The notes under the pieces were generated by a model. It had not been told where the DNA came from. It made no database searches and saw only the letters and a list, made by a program, of their open reading frames with translations. A DNA stretch of 64,000 nt from Epithemia pelagica (taxonomy: Eukaryota; Protista; Bacillariophyta): NCBI GenBank assembly GCA_946965045.2, contig OX337230.1, forward strand, positions 3,534,001-3,598,000. Direction: 5' to 3'. Below, in pieces: positions 10,147 to 21,169 of this stretch (position 1 is the stretch's first letter; each line of letters opens with the position of its first letter). Made by a program: the position numbers and the translations under genes.

Positions 10147-10425
10147 ATGTCCACCCCTGTCCGTTGTTCCGTTCCGAGGTTCTTCCTCCTGGTCGGTTTC
10201 CTAACGCTTCTGGTGTCACCGCCGCAAGTTTTGGCGGCGTGGCAGCAACGCAACACCGCCAGGCTTCGAGCCGGGGGAAACTACTACCAAACCGACGAGG
10301 CCGACAACGAATTCCTAAACCTCCAAGACATTCGGTCCTGGAGTGGCAGCGGCGGCAGCAGCAGCAGCAGCCGCAGCAGCAGCAGCCTTCCGGTTTCCGA
10401 TTCCGCCAACGCTCGCACGGACTAA
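10147..10425 (+). CDS. Possible small secreted peptide (92 aa)
   Basis: ATG after cacacaca, a signal-peptide-like stretch FFLLVGFLTLLVSPPQVLA, and a Ser-rich tail. No family recognised. Confidence 0.35.
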   Translation: MSTPVRCSVPRFFLLVGFLTLLVSPPQVLAAWQQRNTARLRAGGNYYQTDEADNEFLNLQDIRSWSGSGGSSSSSRSSSSLPVSDSANARTD

Positions 10426-10792
10426 CAAAACGGCCGGAGGCGTGCTTCGTGGGGGCACCCCGGGGGGGTATGTGCTCCTGTGCGGGGGAAAACAAGCATC
10501 GCGGTGGATGCCACGGTTGGAAGCGCCTACCAAGGATTGTTTGCCGGTTTGTAACGCCATCGCCCGCGGTGCATAGATTCGTAAGGGCACCCACCCGGTG
10601 TGGCAGAGAGTTCGAATGCGTGGCATCACGAATCGGGGATGGAACGAGATTCGATGCGGAGGTTTCGTCGAAAACCAAAAAGAAGTCTTGCTACGATAGA
10701 TTATGTTAAACCTGTATAATAGACCGAAAACCATACGCATATGTGTAAACAATACAAAGATTGAATGGATAGAGTTCGTCATGAGGAATTCG

Positions 10793-10837
10793 TATTGAAA
10801 TGTTATTGAAATGTTATTGAAATGTTATTGAAATGTT
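10793..10837. repeat. 11-bp tandem repeat (TGTTATTGAAA), about 4 copies
   Basis: Read directly from the sequence. Confidence 0.85.
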
Positions 10838-11033
10838 TAACATTGGAATTTTTACAAATATGTTCACAAAATCAATGTTGACAAGTTTGTAGGTTGTAAG
10901 TCACGAACGGAGAGGACAGATGGTTGGACGGTCGCAATTCGCAAGGTCACGGAGTTGCATTCCACTGCCCCCTGCCGGGCACGCGCCTTTGTTTTTACGC
11001 TAACGACCGATCGTGGTCCCACCTCACAATACC

Positions 11034-11390
11034 ATGAGAAAAGCCGATCCCCCCGGAGCCAAGCGCCGGAAGCACGCATCGTCGGATGCTGCTGCTGCTG
11101 CTGCCAATGCTTCTGCGCTCCACCACCCATCGTATTCGAGGAGGCTGCTCCAACGACTCGCCTCCGTCGTGACCGTGGTGACGATCGGGGTGTGGATCGT
11201 TGTCGAGACCGTGGACACGCGGTGGTTGCAAAAGAACCATGCCACCACCGTCACGGCCAAGATTCCTCCCCGCCTGCGGGCATCGCCACAACTCGTGGCA
11301 TCGCTCGACGAAACGATGATGGACGACGGGAACTGGATCGACGTGACCAACCTCGGGGAAGAAACAGCAATGGATTGGCTCAAACCCTAA
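11034..11390 (+). CDS. Possible small single-pass membrane protein (118 aa)
   Basis: accATG start, basic N-terminus, hydrophobic segment VVTVVTIGVWIVV. No family recognised. Confidence 0.3.
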   Translation: MRKADPPGAKRRKHASSDAAAAAANASALHHPSYSRRLLQRLASVVTVVTIGVWIVVETVDTRWLQKNHATTVTAKIPPRLRASPQLVASLDETMMDDGNWIDVTNLGEETAMDWLKP

Positions 11391-11968
11391 GGGGATGCTT
11401 CCACGGCCTTTCGTTTCACGGATTTCTGCCCTTTTTGCCAACACACACACCGAAAGAGAAAGGGTCGTGCGCTCTCTGCTCGAGGACGATCCCTTGGCCC
11501 GGGACGGGGGATCCAGATCCAACGGGAAAACAGGCCCCAAAAAAAAACACACACACAACGCGAACGCACGCTGCCATGGTTCCATGCCAGTGGGACTCGA
11601 AGATAACCATAGAAACGGAACTAAAAACTCGCAGCGACGAACCCTTCGGCTTCGTTTTTGTTTCCAATACAATCGTTCGGTGCTCGAAATCCTTGCTCGA
11701 AATCCTTGCCCACCACCGTCCGAAACCGCATTCCGTACCGTTCCGGACCGTGCCATCGTCCATCGATTCCCGCCGAACCGTAGTTCGGGAGGGGCATGGT
11801 TGCCACAGTGTTGGAAGGCAAACCCAACCCATCGTTGGTTGTCATCCCCAACCCCGTTTTGTTTCGATGGTCAACGACAGGGTTTTCGTTCGTTTTGTGA
11901 ATGGGGAAGTCCCACAACCATACAGATTGCTGATGCACCACACCAACCACTTGGGTTCGTTTTTTCGG

Positions 11969-12072
11969 AGGGAAACTTGGTTTTTCGGAGGAAACCTGGT
12001 GGAAACTTGGTTTGTCAAGAGAAACTTGGTTTTCCAACAGAACTTTGGTTTTCGAATGGATGGAAACCTGGT
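11969..12072. repeat. Cluster of about 6 AAACTTGGTTTT-like motifs
   Basis: Degenerate copies at about 11969, 11988, 12001, 12019, 12039 and 12062. Confidence 0.8.
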
Positions 12073-12625
12073 ATCACAACAATTTTTCTTCTCGTGCCTT
12101 CCGTTATCGTTTGGGACTTTTTCGTCTTCGCCGTGCTACAAAAGTGGCGGTTTCGCCAACCCTTGGCAATCGGATGGCCGTTCCTCGTTTGCCAACAAAT
12201 CCACAACGATGGGCACAAGTTTCGACTTTTGAAAATAGGCAGGGCACTGCTCGTTCAAGACATTCGACTTCGGAGGTTCCGTCAGTCCCGGAATGTTCTC
12301 GAGACGTGCATTCCGTTTTCACGCGGTCCTTCAACGCGCGCCTCGGAATGTGGAAAGTGCTTCAACGGATCAATCTGGCGACAGTGATCGAGCGTTGAAT
12401 GGGCCGGACGATCAATCGACCCAAGTCCCACTTGTTGGGCTGTTCTGACGAACGAGCGTTGCGGAATGGAAGAAACATCCAACCATCATCCCGAGAAAAC
12501 ATGGATGTGAACGCAATGTTCCCTGAGGCACGAGCGATCTAGTTCCATAGCTCGTTGAGCAGGAGCACAAAAACGCGGAAGAATCGATACACACGAGGGA
12601 AACCAACACATCCGATTCGTCAACA

Positions 12626-13179
12626 ATGTTCCGCCGAAGCCGACCCTCGGTGACTTCCACGGACAAGAATACCGCTGCCAGCCGGGACGATCCCTTGGGA
12701 CTCGCGGACATGATCCTCAGCAATCCTCCTCCCTTGTTTCGAAGCACGACCAACATCGATAAAACCCGCCTGCTATCGGAGGCCAAGGAGGTGACGGAAA
12801 AGTATGTCTTCAATTATCCCTCGGCGCTCTTTGCTGCCTCGAAAGGAAACAAAAATAACGGAGAGGCCGCTACCAATCGCTCTGCGGGCTCACAACGCTC
12901 CCGAGCTGCTACCAAAGGAAACAACAACGATAGCAACAACCATGGCAGGAACCATATCAACCAGAAAACGATGAAAAGGACGAAACAAAATTCCATCCCT
13001 CCCGTCGCAACTACTTCGGACCGGGAAACGAAAAATTCCTCTCCGATTTCCGTCACCGACTTTTTCAATACTCCCACGGCTCTCTTGGGAGAGACCCAGA
13101 GTGCCTACGAAGCTTTGAAAGCCGCTTCCGAGACTCTTAACACCAACGACTTCTTCCAGCTTCCCTCGACCTTGTTTTC

Positions 13180-13231
<52 letters not shown>

Positions 13232-14005
13232 CAACAACAACAACAACAGCAACAAGAAGAATGCGACAAAGAATCGTCTTCCTCACGGCAACCATCGTCT
13301 TCTTCGAATCCTTTGCAAGAGGAGGCAGAGGCTCGGAATTTACCATCGCAACACAATACGGCAGAACACATCCGGAAACGTCTGCAAAGGCTCGAAGACA
13401 CCATCGATGCTCTGCGGCACCCATCGTCACCATCACAATCCACGGCAGCAGCAGCAGCAGCAGCAGCCACCCCCGCTGCCGTCACCCAGCTCTGCCTGAT
13501 GCTGGACGCGATCGAGATTCCCCGCGACGAGACTGCCCTGCGATCCAAGCGCAAGGAACTCATCCAGAGAGCCGAGGCACTCAACAACAAAGTTTCTCCC
13601 GCCAAGAAAGACCCTCCGGGAGAATTCCAAACCACCAATAGCGATGACGATGGCCAAAATGAGGAACCACCACCCTCTTCCACCCAAGAGGACAAGGAGG
13701 ACGAAACACCCGCTGCAGCAACCACGCTGGCCGAATCCCGCTTTGTAGCCATCGAGCGCAAGATCCACGCCCTCGAGCGAAAGCTCTCGGCCGACCACAC
13801 CATCACCTCTGCCCCGCTCCACGAAAGCGTGGTGGCGGAGCTCGTTACCCAGCTCTGCTGCCAGCTGGACGGAGTGGAACTCCCGTCCTCTCGCGACAAC
13901 CAGGAGGCGTGCTCTAGGCTCAAGGCTCGCCGCAAGGAGCTCTTGCAGCGGGCCGAAGCCATCGAAGACCTGGCGTGGGTCGGAAGCACCCGCGCCGAGT
14001 TTTGA
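12626..14005 (+). CDS. Protein with two BAG-like domains and a 25-residue polyQ tract (putative Hsp70 co-chaperone)
   Basis: Two BAG helix signatures: LCLMLDAIEIP...LRSKRKELIQRAEAL and LCCQLDGVELP...LKARRKELLQRAEAI. Confidence 0.8.
13181..13255 (+). repeat. (CAG)14(CAA)8 CAG (CAA)2 polyglutamine tract
   Basis: Counted by eye: 75 nt. Confidence 0.9.
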
Positions 14006-14637
14006 GCACAATCGTTTGGGACGGAAGCGATATACATTCAGCCTTCGACAGGCGACCATTCGCGTTATCCAAATCTCGGTCGAAACGGCGCAACACGTCG
14101 TGCCGGCAACCTTGTACCAATCATCACCCTCCAGCTAGGAATGGGACGAACGATGGTTGGGTCACTCTTCCGCGGAGAAACATTAAGCCATCGGAACGCT
14201 TTCTGGTTCCAATTCGCGACCAGAAGCTCCCGGGTAGTAGTAGTACGGATAAATTCAGTTCTCGCGCAACACTTCCGTAGAGGAGAAGCGGAGAAACAAG
14301 AGGATATCCGTCGATATCATGTCTTCGGGTGAGCCAGTCTCTGACGAAACGCGAAAGACATAGGCTATGGTCAGTAACATAGCAGAATTTTTCATCTGCC
14401 TTCGTTTTTTCAACCTTGTCCCCATGCTATGTGTTTCTCGCGTGCATTACACGGAACCATTTCCGGAGCGGCGGAAAGAGGATAGTTAGGGACATCGTGT
14501 CTTTGAATGATCCAGTAATACGAAAATAGAACTACAATTTTTTCTTCTTTCTTCTTCTATTATAACGGTGTCACCGTTCTACGAAACACAACCAGTGCAT
14601 CCACACGGATGATCTGGTCGAACCGTTACGTATATCA

Positions 14638-14760
14638 CAGAAACTTGGTTTTCCTACCATAGCTTGGTTTTCCAACAGATACTAACTTGGTTTTCCAACA
14701 GAAACTAACTTGGTTTTTCGGCAGAAACCTTGTTTTCCAACAGAAACTAACTTGGTTTTC
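14638..14760. repeat. Second cluster of about 6 AACTTGGTTTT motifs, same orientation as 11969-12072
   Basis: Units such as AACTTGGTTTTCCAACAGAAACT recur. Confidence 0.85.
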
Positions 14761-15182
14761 AAATTAACATTCGTAATTTCTCTAACAAAGGATTACTTTT
14801 ACATTACAGTATTACTTGTAGCACTATCTATTCAATCACCATTATACGATATCGACACAAACAAGTTGGTAGAGAAACGTCCAATCCCCTCTCATTGTGG
14901 TCGGTGACTTAGGGCTTCTATCCGTTCGCAATCAGTGGTTTCGATCGAAACAAAGCGTTTTGTGTCCGCACGAATACAGGCGCAATAGCTCCACAATTGC
15001 GATTTCGTTGAGGCTCGTCCATCGTTGTTTCATTGTGTAATACAGGGCATCGATGGCCGGATTTTCCTCGAAAAATTGCCTCCCATTGTGCCTTTTTGAT
15101 CATATTGAAACACATACACATTCATTCTTTCATCGTCCACTCGCGACCACCAGAAATTCTCGGCATCCGAATTTTTGCAGTG

Positions 15183-16100
15183 TCAGGAAGCCCTAACGCG
15201 AGCCCGCAACCAGTTCCAGTTTCGTGGATCATCGTCATGATTACCCTTGGTGTATTTCTCGGGAGGTATTTCGAACGAATTATTGTGGTCTAGCGAGTTG
15301 TCTCGGGCTCGTTTTACGCATCTCCGATCCAGAGCCTCTTCCGAGGGCCCGTGATCGTTGTCATCATCGACAACGTTGAGAAATTCCAACCCGTTGTCAT
15401 TGATGAGGCTTCTCGCGAGCGAGGAAAAGGGATGTCGAGGGGTATCGATACTCGCGGTAGCGGAGGAAATGGTTTCCTTAGCTATGGATTCCCGAAAGAC
15501 GATGCTCGACAGCCGGGCATCGACGTGGGTCACGTCCACGTTGTTTCCGCACAAGACGATGCTCCGACAAAATTCCGGTGGCTTGGGATTTTCTTCGGGA
15601 GCTATCGGTGGCTCCGACCGTCGGGCGGCCACGTCTTCCAGAATGCTCGCTGCCGCGTAATCGTATCCGTACCGGTCGCAAAACTCGAAAAATCGTGACA
15701 TGTAACACGAAACCACCACCCCGTCGGCTTTTCGGTAGGGTTCGGCCTCTTTTTCAACGGACACGGGGCGGTAGGGAAGCTCGGTGATCAAGAACCGGAG
15801 GGGCCCTCGGTTGGATCGAAACGTAAGAGCGTATTCCAGCTTGGCACACGAGGACGTCCTCGAGATTCCGTTCGTGTCTTCGCCCCGAATCAAGACGACC
15901 CGAAAGGAGCGAAAGGGGCGGTAGGACAAAATTCCGTGCCGAATGATGGCATCGGGGAGAGCGATCGGGAGTGGTGGCAGACTCCTCTTGCTGCCGCTCA
16001 GTTGCTTCTCGTTCGTGTCACTCTGGACTGCGTCTTCTCTTGGATTTCGGAGAACCAGAATCGCGGCAAGAATGCACTTGGTCTCTTGCTCGTCGGGCAT
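15183..16100 (-). CDS. Degenerate Ran-like pseudo-GTPase preceded by an F-box-like motif
   Basis: LTFRSNRGPLRFLITE, IVLCGNNVDV, SIVF and PFSSLARSLINDNGLEFL match Ran segments (LVFHTNRGPIKFNVWD, IVLCGNKVDI, SIVF, PFLWLARKLIGDPNLEFV). The G1 and G3 motifs are lost. LPDAIIRHGILSY resembles the start of an F-box. Confidence 0.75.
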   Translation of the reverse strand: MPDEQETKCILAAILVLRNPREDAVQSDTNEKQLSGSKRSLPPLPIALPDAIIRHGILSYRPFRSFRVVLIRGEDTNGISRTSSCAKLEYALTFRSNRGPLRFLITELPYRPVSVEKEAEPYRKADGVVVSCYMSRFFEFCDRYGYDYAAASILEDVAARRSEPPIAPEENPKPPEFCRSIVLCGNNVDVTHVDARLSSIVFRESIAKETISSATASIDTPRHPFSSLARSLINDNGLEFLNVVDDDNDHGPSEEALDRRCVKRARDNSLDHNNSFEIPPEKYTKGNHDDDPRNWNWLRARVRAS

Positions 16101-16741
16101 TCTCCTACTTTTGGAGCCAGCTCTCGTCTCTGGTAGGGAAATCAATAATCGGTGGTTTAGAAATTCTCCGGGGAGATTTTTTCAATATCTTGGTCTTGTT
16201 TCTTTGTCAATCTCCCTGGAATTTTTTTCTTGAAACACCGATCAAATTATATGATTGACATCAGAATTCGATTCTGGCAGGAATACGAACAATTCGGTAT
16301 TTGTGTGGAGCTGTATGAAATTGGAATCGTCGAAGGTAGGAAAATGCCTTAATGCCTTGCTCGGTGATCCACGAGTGCTCGTTAGTAAAGTTCTTGCTTT
16401 GCTATCGAAAGTGTGCTATTATGGAAGCAATTGGTGTTTGGGACATGAAATTCTGTAGAAATGTGATGATGATGTTCTTTTCATACTTCTATTTCGAATA
16501 AATTCCGCGTGACAACACACCACACGTACAACCGATCATGATGCGTATGACTGCTTTACGTGATGGTTTCTGTCGTGCCATGAGAAATTCTGTTTCGGGA
16601 GCGAAAAAGTTGGTCCCGGATGCTGACATTGGGGGTGTCACAATCCGCGGGATTCTTCTTCAACGAAGTTCCTATCGCGCCCGCCGGAACCTACCGATAC
16701 CGAGGTGGCCGACACGAGCATGCAACCGTTATTGGCGGGTA

Positions 16742-17640
16742 ATTTCTGTTTTTGACGAATTCCGAACGATTTTCTCCATCTGCACAATCTGTCCTCTCGA
16801 GTCATTCGGAAGGGGCAATTCGGAAGATGAGGGGCTTCCCGAGAACAATGGTGAAAAACACGAGCAGAAATCGACCAGTGCATCAAAAGAAGATGACACA
16901 TGCAACGAAGTCGCGCAATGCAAATGCCACGATCCATCCGATGATGGAAAACGCAAACAGTGTGAAACACACAAGAGTGCCAAAAATGTTTTGTGTGTGA
17001 GGACAAAAATGATGTCATGGGAAGGACGCATTCCAAATGGGAAACCTCAAACTGTGTGCTCTTCCTTTTGGAGACAAACTCGAGAAAGGAGAGGCCATTG
17101 GTGCTCTCCAGCCTTGCTGCATGGAGACAGCCAGCAGGAGCCTGCTGCAGGATGGCAACAGTCCCAGAGGCGCCTCGCTCTTCCCTGGGAAAGAGCAGGA
17201 GAGCAGAGAGAGAATTCCTCTGGATCAGGAGCGGGTGTGGCAGCCCATCAGTTGATCCAACTTTGAGGAGCAAGAGGCTGCTGGATGAGGAGCGGCAACT
17301 CCTGACTGATCAGAGGAGGACAAAAAGGAGCAGCAGCTGACACGGAGCTCTGTTGGCTGTTTGATGGTCTGACTTGTTGGAGCTGCTTGACATGTCACTT
17401 GGTGGTGTCTCTGGGGCTGCTGTGAATTGTGCAGCTTGGGGCAGCGCGCTTGCGCTTCCTGCGTGTCCCCACCACAGATGGCATCCTTCCCTCCTCTCTC
17501 TGGTGCGGAGTCACTCCAGGGTGTGATCTGTCCTGCTCTCCTGCTGTCTGCAAGCAGCTGTCCTTGACCCCTCTTGGTCACCATCCCTGACTCCAGCCTT
17601 GTCTTGCAAGTGCAAGCAAGCCACCTGCTGCTGGCTTGCC
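16742..17640. other. TpA-free, partly CpG-depleted compositional island (probable decayed repeat)
   Basis: No TA dinucleotide found by eye in about 900 bp. About 10 CG in 17101-17640 despite high GC. CA and TG are abundant. Confidence 0.8.
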
Positions 17641-18001
17641 TAGCCTGGTTGTTGGTTGCATTACTATGGTTCTGTATCAAATTACCTGGTGCTGCCGCCA
17701 AGACAGGGCCTCCCTGCTAGCAGCACATTAGCTAGCCCTTCTCGGGGGAATATGGAAAGACAAAGAGTGTTTACCTTTGCGAACGATGGACTGAGAGGGG
17801 CTGCTACTCGTAACCAAATGGAGTTTTTTTTAAACCAAAAATTTATGCGTTCTCAAAATTGAGGAATTTTCTATTCTGAAGCACAGTGAATACTACTTCA
17901 TACCACGTCGAAAGAATATGTACTCCACCATTTGTATCTTTCGAATAGTAATGCATAACACCCAAGAAAGAGACGGAAGAGACTTTTAATGCCTTTAATG
18001 C

Positions 18002-19333
18002 CTAGGCAAGTTGGGCTTGCTCCCATATGCGATCGTAATACGCAACAATCTGATCAATATACTCTTTCTTTCTTCCATACGGAAGGGGCATAAAAGATTT
18101 TTCAAAACCTGTAATAATAATATCCTTCAATTGCTGAGCGGTCAACTCCAATTTGGTTGCGGCCAATTCCAATTCTTTCACCATGTCCGTATGGGAAACT
18201 GTGCAATTGTCTGTGTTCAATGTAACGGCCATTTTTGCGTCGAGCATTCTTGTAATGGGATGATTCCTCACATCCCCGTGCATCTCGGGAATAGTTTGCA
18301 AGTTGCTGGTCAAGCAGACCTCCAGACAAATACGATTGTTGGCCACGTATTGGCTCAGTCGATCGACGTATTCTTGTCGTTTGGCAGGGTCGTTTAAATG
18401 CTCAACCTTCGATGCATCAAAGATGTTAAACCCATGCCCGATGCGCTGGGTGTAACAATCGACTATGGCCTCATAGATGCTAGCAGCACCGTAGGCCTCC
18501 CCCGCATGCACGGTCTTTTGGATCAAATGCTTGTGGGCGTAGTGAAAGGCTTCGGCGTGATCAGCCGCAGGATTGCCATTCTCGGCGCCGGCAATGTCCA
18601 GCGCCACAATGGGCAGTCCCGCATTCCGTAACTTGACGGCTTCGGTCGCCAGTGCCATGGAGGCTAGACCGTACACCCTATGGGGATCTTCCGCCGCGTG
18701 GACTTCGAACAACGCGGCATAGTAGGGGGAAAAGTGCTCGTTAAAATATCGCAAGGCGCATATTGTAGAATGATCCCGTAGGAATACTCCGGCTCATTCC
18801 CGGCTTGGATTTCGGGTGCCGCATTTTGTTCTTTCGTGGCTCGCTCCAATCCAGCGAGTACCGCGTGACAAATTTGTGGGATCGTTAGTTTTCCCGGAAT
18901 CGCCAGTAGTTGCGGCCCAAAACGGACTTCGAAGTAGCGTACCCCCACGGCATACTAGGCCGTCCCCATTCGATTTGAACAACATGTGTCAGCGACGATA
19001 AGCTTCGGTAAATCATGAACGCAAACAGCGAAGACCATAAACCTAGAAATAAAGTTTTACCTGATCCTGTGCGAATTCGTAGGCAACACGCTCTAGCGCT
19101 GGAGCCTGGCGCAAAACGGCGGTCGTGTACTGAAATCCACTAAGATATTCTTCCAAATTGGCATACGACGGTTTGAAGACTTTTTCTATCAATCCCTCTA
19201 CGGTATCGGCCGGTAAGTCGACATCTTGCTCTTTTGCTAATTCCAAGAGTGTGCTCAATCGCATACTGCCATCCAAATGACAGAGCAACTCTGCCTTCGG
19301 CAGAGCTTTCAAGACCTCTTTGGGCACTTTCAT
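18002..19333 (-). pseudogene. ADA: Adenosine deaminase, disrupted (intron 19060-18955; 5-bp frameshifting insertion at about 18761-18767; His-to-Leu change in the HxH zinc motif)
   Basis: PKAELLCHLDGS (normally ELHxHLDGS), GVRYFEVRF, LDIAGAE, TVHAGEA, RIGHG, LEVCLTSN, TLNTDN. The phase-0 GT-AG intron joins QDQ|YAVG. Confidence 0.85.
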
Positions 19334-19583
19334 TATGGCCGCTGTTCTTCCGAACGTTTGGTAATTTTATGGATGATCTTGTAATTTTCATTCATGAAAA
19401 TTTGAAACACTCGACACTAGTGACTCGGTACAAGCCTATAATTTGCCTGCTTGAGAAAACTGGACGCTTTTCGAAAAATGTTACGAGGTAATATCAATTC
19501 TTATGCATTGTCTCTGACGATTACACTTTATAGCGAAGATCTCGAAATATCGACCATTCCTATGAAGATTATTATGCTTATCA

Positions 19584-20687
19584 TTACTGTTCAGTGCAAA
19601 CAAGTATTCCATTGTTTGTGACATGCCCTTCTCGCGAGTAGAAGATTGTCCGATTTCCACAGGTGATGCTTTTTGTTTGGGACGAAATTTTGCTTCCTTG
19701 TCTCTTAAAAGCTTTTGTCTCCCCTTCCGAAATCACATTGGAAATAGGAAGTGTCCAATTCAGAGTTTTCTTTTCACACTCGCTTTCATCGTCAAAGAGG
19801 TAAGGAGCACACCCAAACAATGGACCAAGCCACACTTCCAACGAGCATTGAACATGCTTGCACTTTTTTTCACAGATGGCTTCATTCAGCTCTGCGTAAG
19901 CAGATCGAGGATGCCTCTTTATGGTGGATCGACTGATCAGGAACTGGCTTCTCCAGGACGTTGTCCAGGACTTTTGTGTGCGCAATCCTGGTGCCAATCG
20001 ATCCTGAAGACTCTGTCTCACGGTATCGTTTTTCATATGCCATCCCGACCGGACAATGCGTCCAAGACCGGCATAGGATACACCATCCATGCGGTTTCGT
20101 ATGTCCTGGACAAATTCAGGGTTTTCTTTCCGAGCCTCTCCTTGCAAAAACGCAATTTGTTTGGGAAGTGTGTCGTAGCGTTTGATAACATAGTCAAAGT
20201 ACGAATAGGTTTCTCGTCCGCAATTCTTGACGTCGCGATGAATGCTCACGCAGTCCTGGACATGCTTGAACCCTGGAATTGTCCCATTGCAGGGGGAGAA
20301 TATGTGGAAGTGAAGGCCATCGCAGGAACCAAAAGCGTCCAAGTACGACAGATCTTCCCGGCAGTGTCCAACGACAATTTCTAGATCGGGAAGTGGCAAC
20401 GAAGAAGCGTCTTCCGGAGAAGCACCAGCAGTTGCGATGGTGTTTAGAGAACTGTTTGGGTCGTTCTTGATTTCCATTTCTGTCACGATTGCCGCAGCTA
20501 ATTTCATTGACCGGACGAGACTAAGTGATGCGAAAACTGTCGCCAAGGCCACAAAAAGCAGCAGTGACAGTCGAAGAAAATTCTTCGGTCCTTTGGCTTT
20601 GGATTCGACAGCCAGATTTTCGTCCGTGTCGTGGCGGGACGTCCTGGTGGTGGTGCAACGAACAAAAGAGGGAGGGGAACGAAGCAA
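19584..20687 (-). CDS. DUF3431-like type II membrane protein; start codon uncertain
   Basis: TM segment, then IVVGHCREDLSYL, NCGRETYSYFDYVIKRYDTLPKQIAFLQG and WRSQFLISRSTI. There is no in-frame ATG before the TM segment. Confidence 0.65.
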   Translation of the reverse strand: MLRSPPSFVRCTTTRTSRHDTDENLAVESKAKGPKNFLRLSLLLFVALATVFASLSLVRSMKLAAAIVTEMEIKNDPNSSLNTIATAGASPEDASSLPLPDLEIVVGHCREDLSYLDAFGSCDGLHFHIFSPCNGTIPGFKHVQDCVSIHRDVKNCGRETYSYFDYVIKRYDTLPKQIAFLQGEARKENPEFVQDIRNRMDGVSYAGLGRIVRSGWHMKNDTVRQSLQDRLAPGLRTQKSWTTSWRSQFLISRSTIKRHPRSAYAELNEAICEKKCKHVQCSLEVWLGPLFGCAPYLFDDESECEKKTLNWTLPISNVISEGETKAFKRQGSKISSQTKSITCGNRTIFYSREGHVTNNGILVCTEQ

Positions 20688-20980
20688 TGGTGCGCAATTC
20701 CATGGTCAGCATGACAATCAGTGCTCCCGAGATGCGAGTTCAACGCGCGATGGTTGGTTCGTACCGACGCCGGTTGTGTTTCAGCAGGCGCTTCGAGCGG
20801 TGGTGTTTCGTCCGGGCACTCCTCCAGCACTGGCAGACCCGGTCATCCTCCGCCGTCTTTCCCGCATCTAGGGAAGGAGTCCGAACAGAGCCGGGGAGAT
20901 CCAGCGGAGAAGCAGTCATGGTGGAACTCTTTCTTTTATGCACCAGCCGATGCGCGATGAGCAATACGTGAATGGTTATG

Positions 20981-21169
20981 GATCAAATCCGTCGATGACC
21001 TTTACAAGATCTTCTTTCCAACAATTTATGATTGCTGAAACTTTGTTGGGACGGTCTTTCCAAAAGACCGTCCCAACACACTCTCTCCTTCCAGGAACTC
21101 CTTTGGGTGTGATGACTCGATCAGCGTTCGTCCGTCGGTCCCTTCTTGACCGGGGGCGGTACGATGCGG
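20981..21169. repeat. Terminal direct repeat, 3' copy (189 bp), containing a 16-bp perfect hairpin at 21044-21078
   Basis: GATCAAATCC...ACGATGCGG, identical by eye to 29344-29532. Confidence 0.95.

Noticed and set aside
16538-17701. Several long overlapping ORFs (242, 211, 158 aa and others)
   Set aside because: They lie in the TpA-free island, where TAA and TAG cannot occur, and show no recognisable domain.
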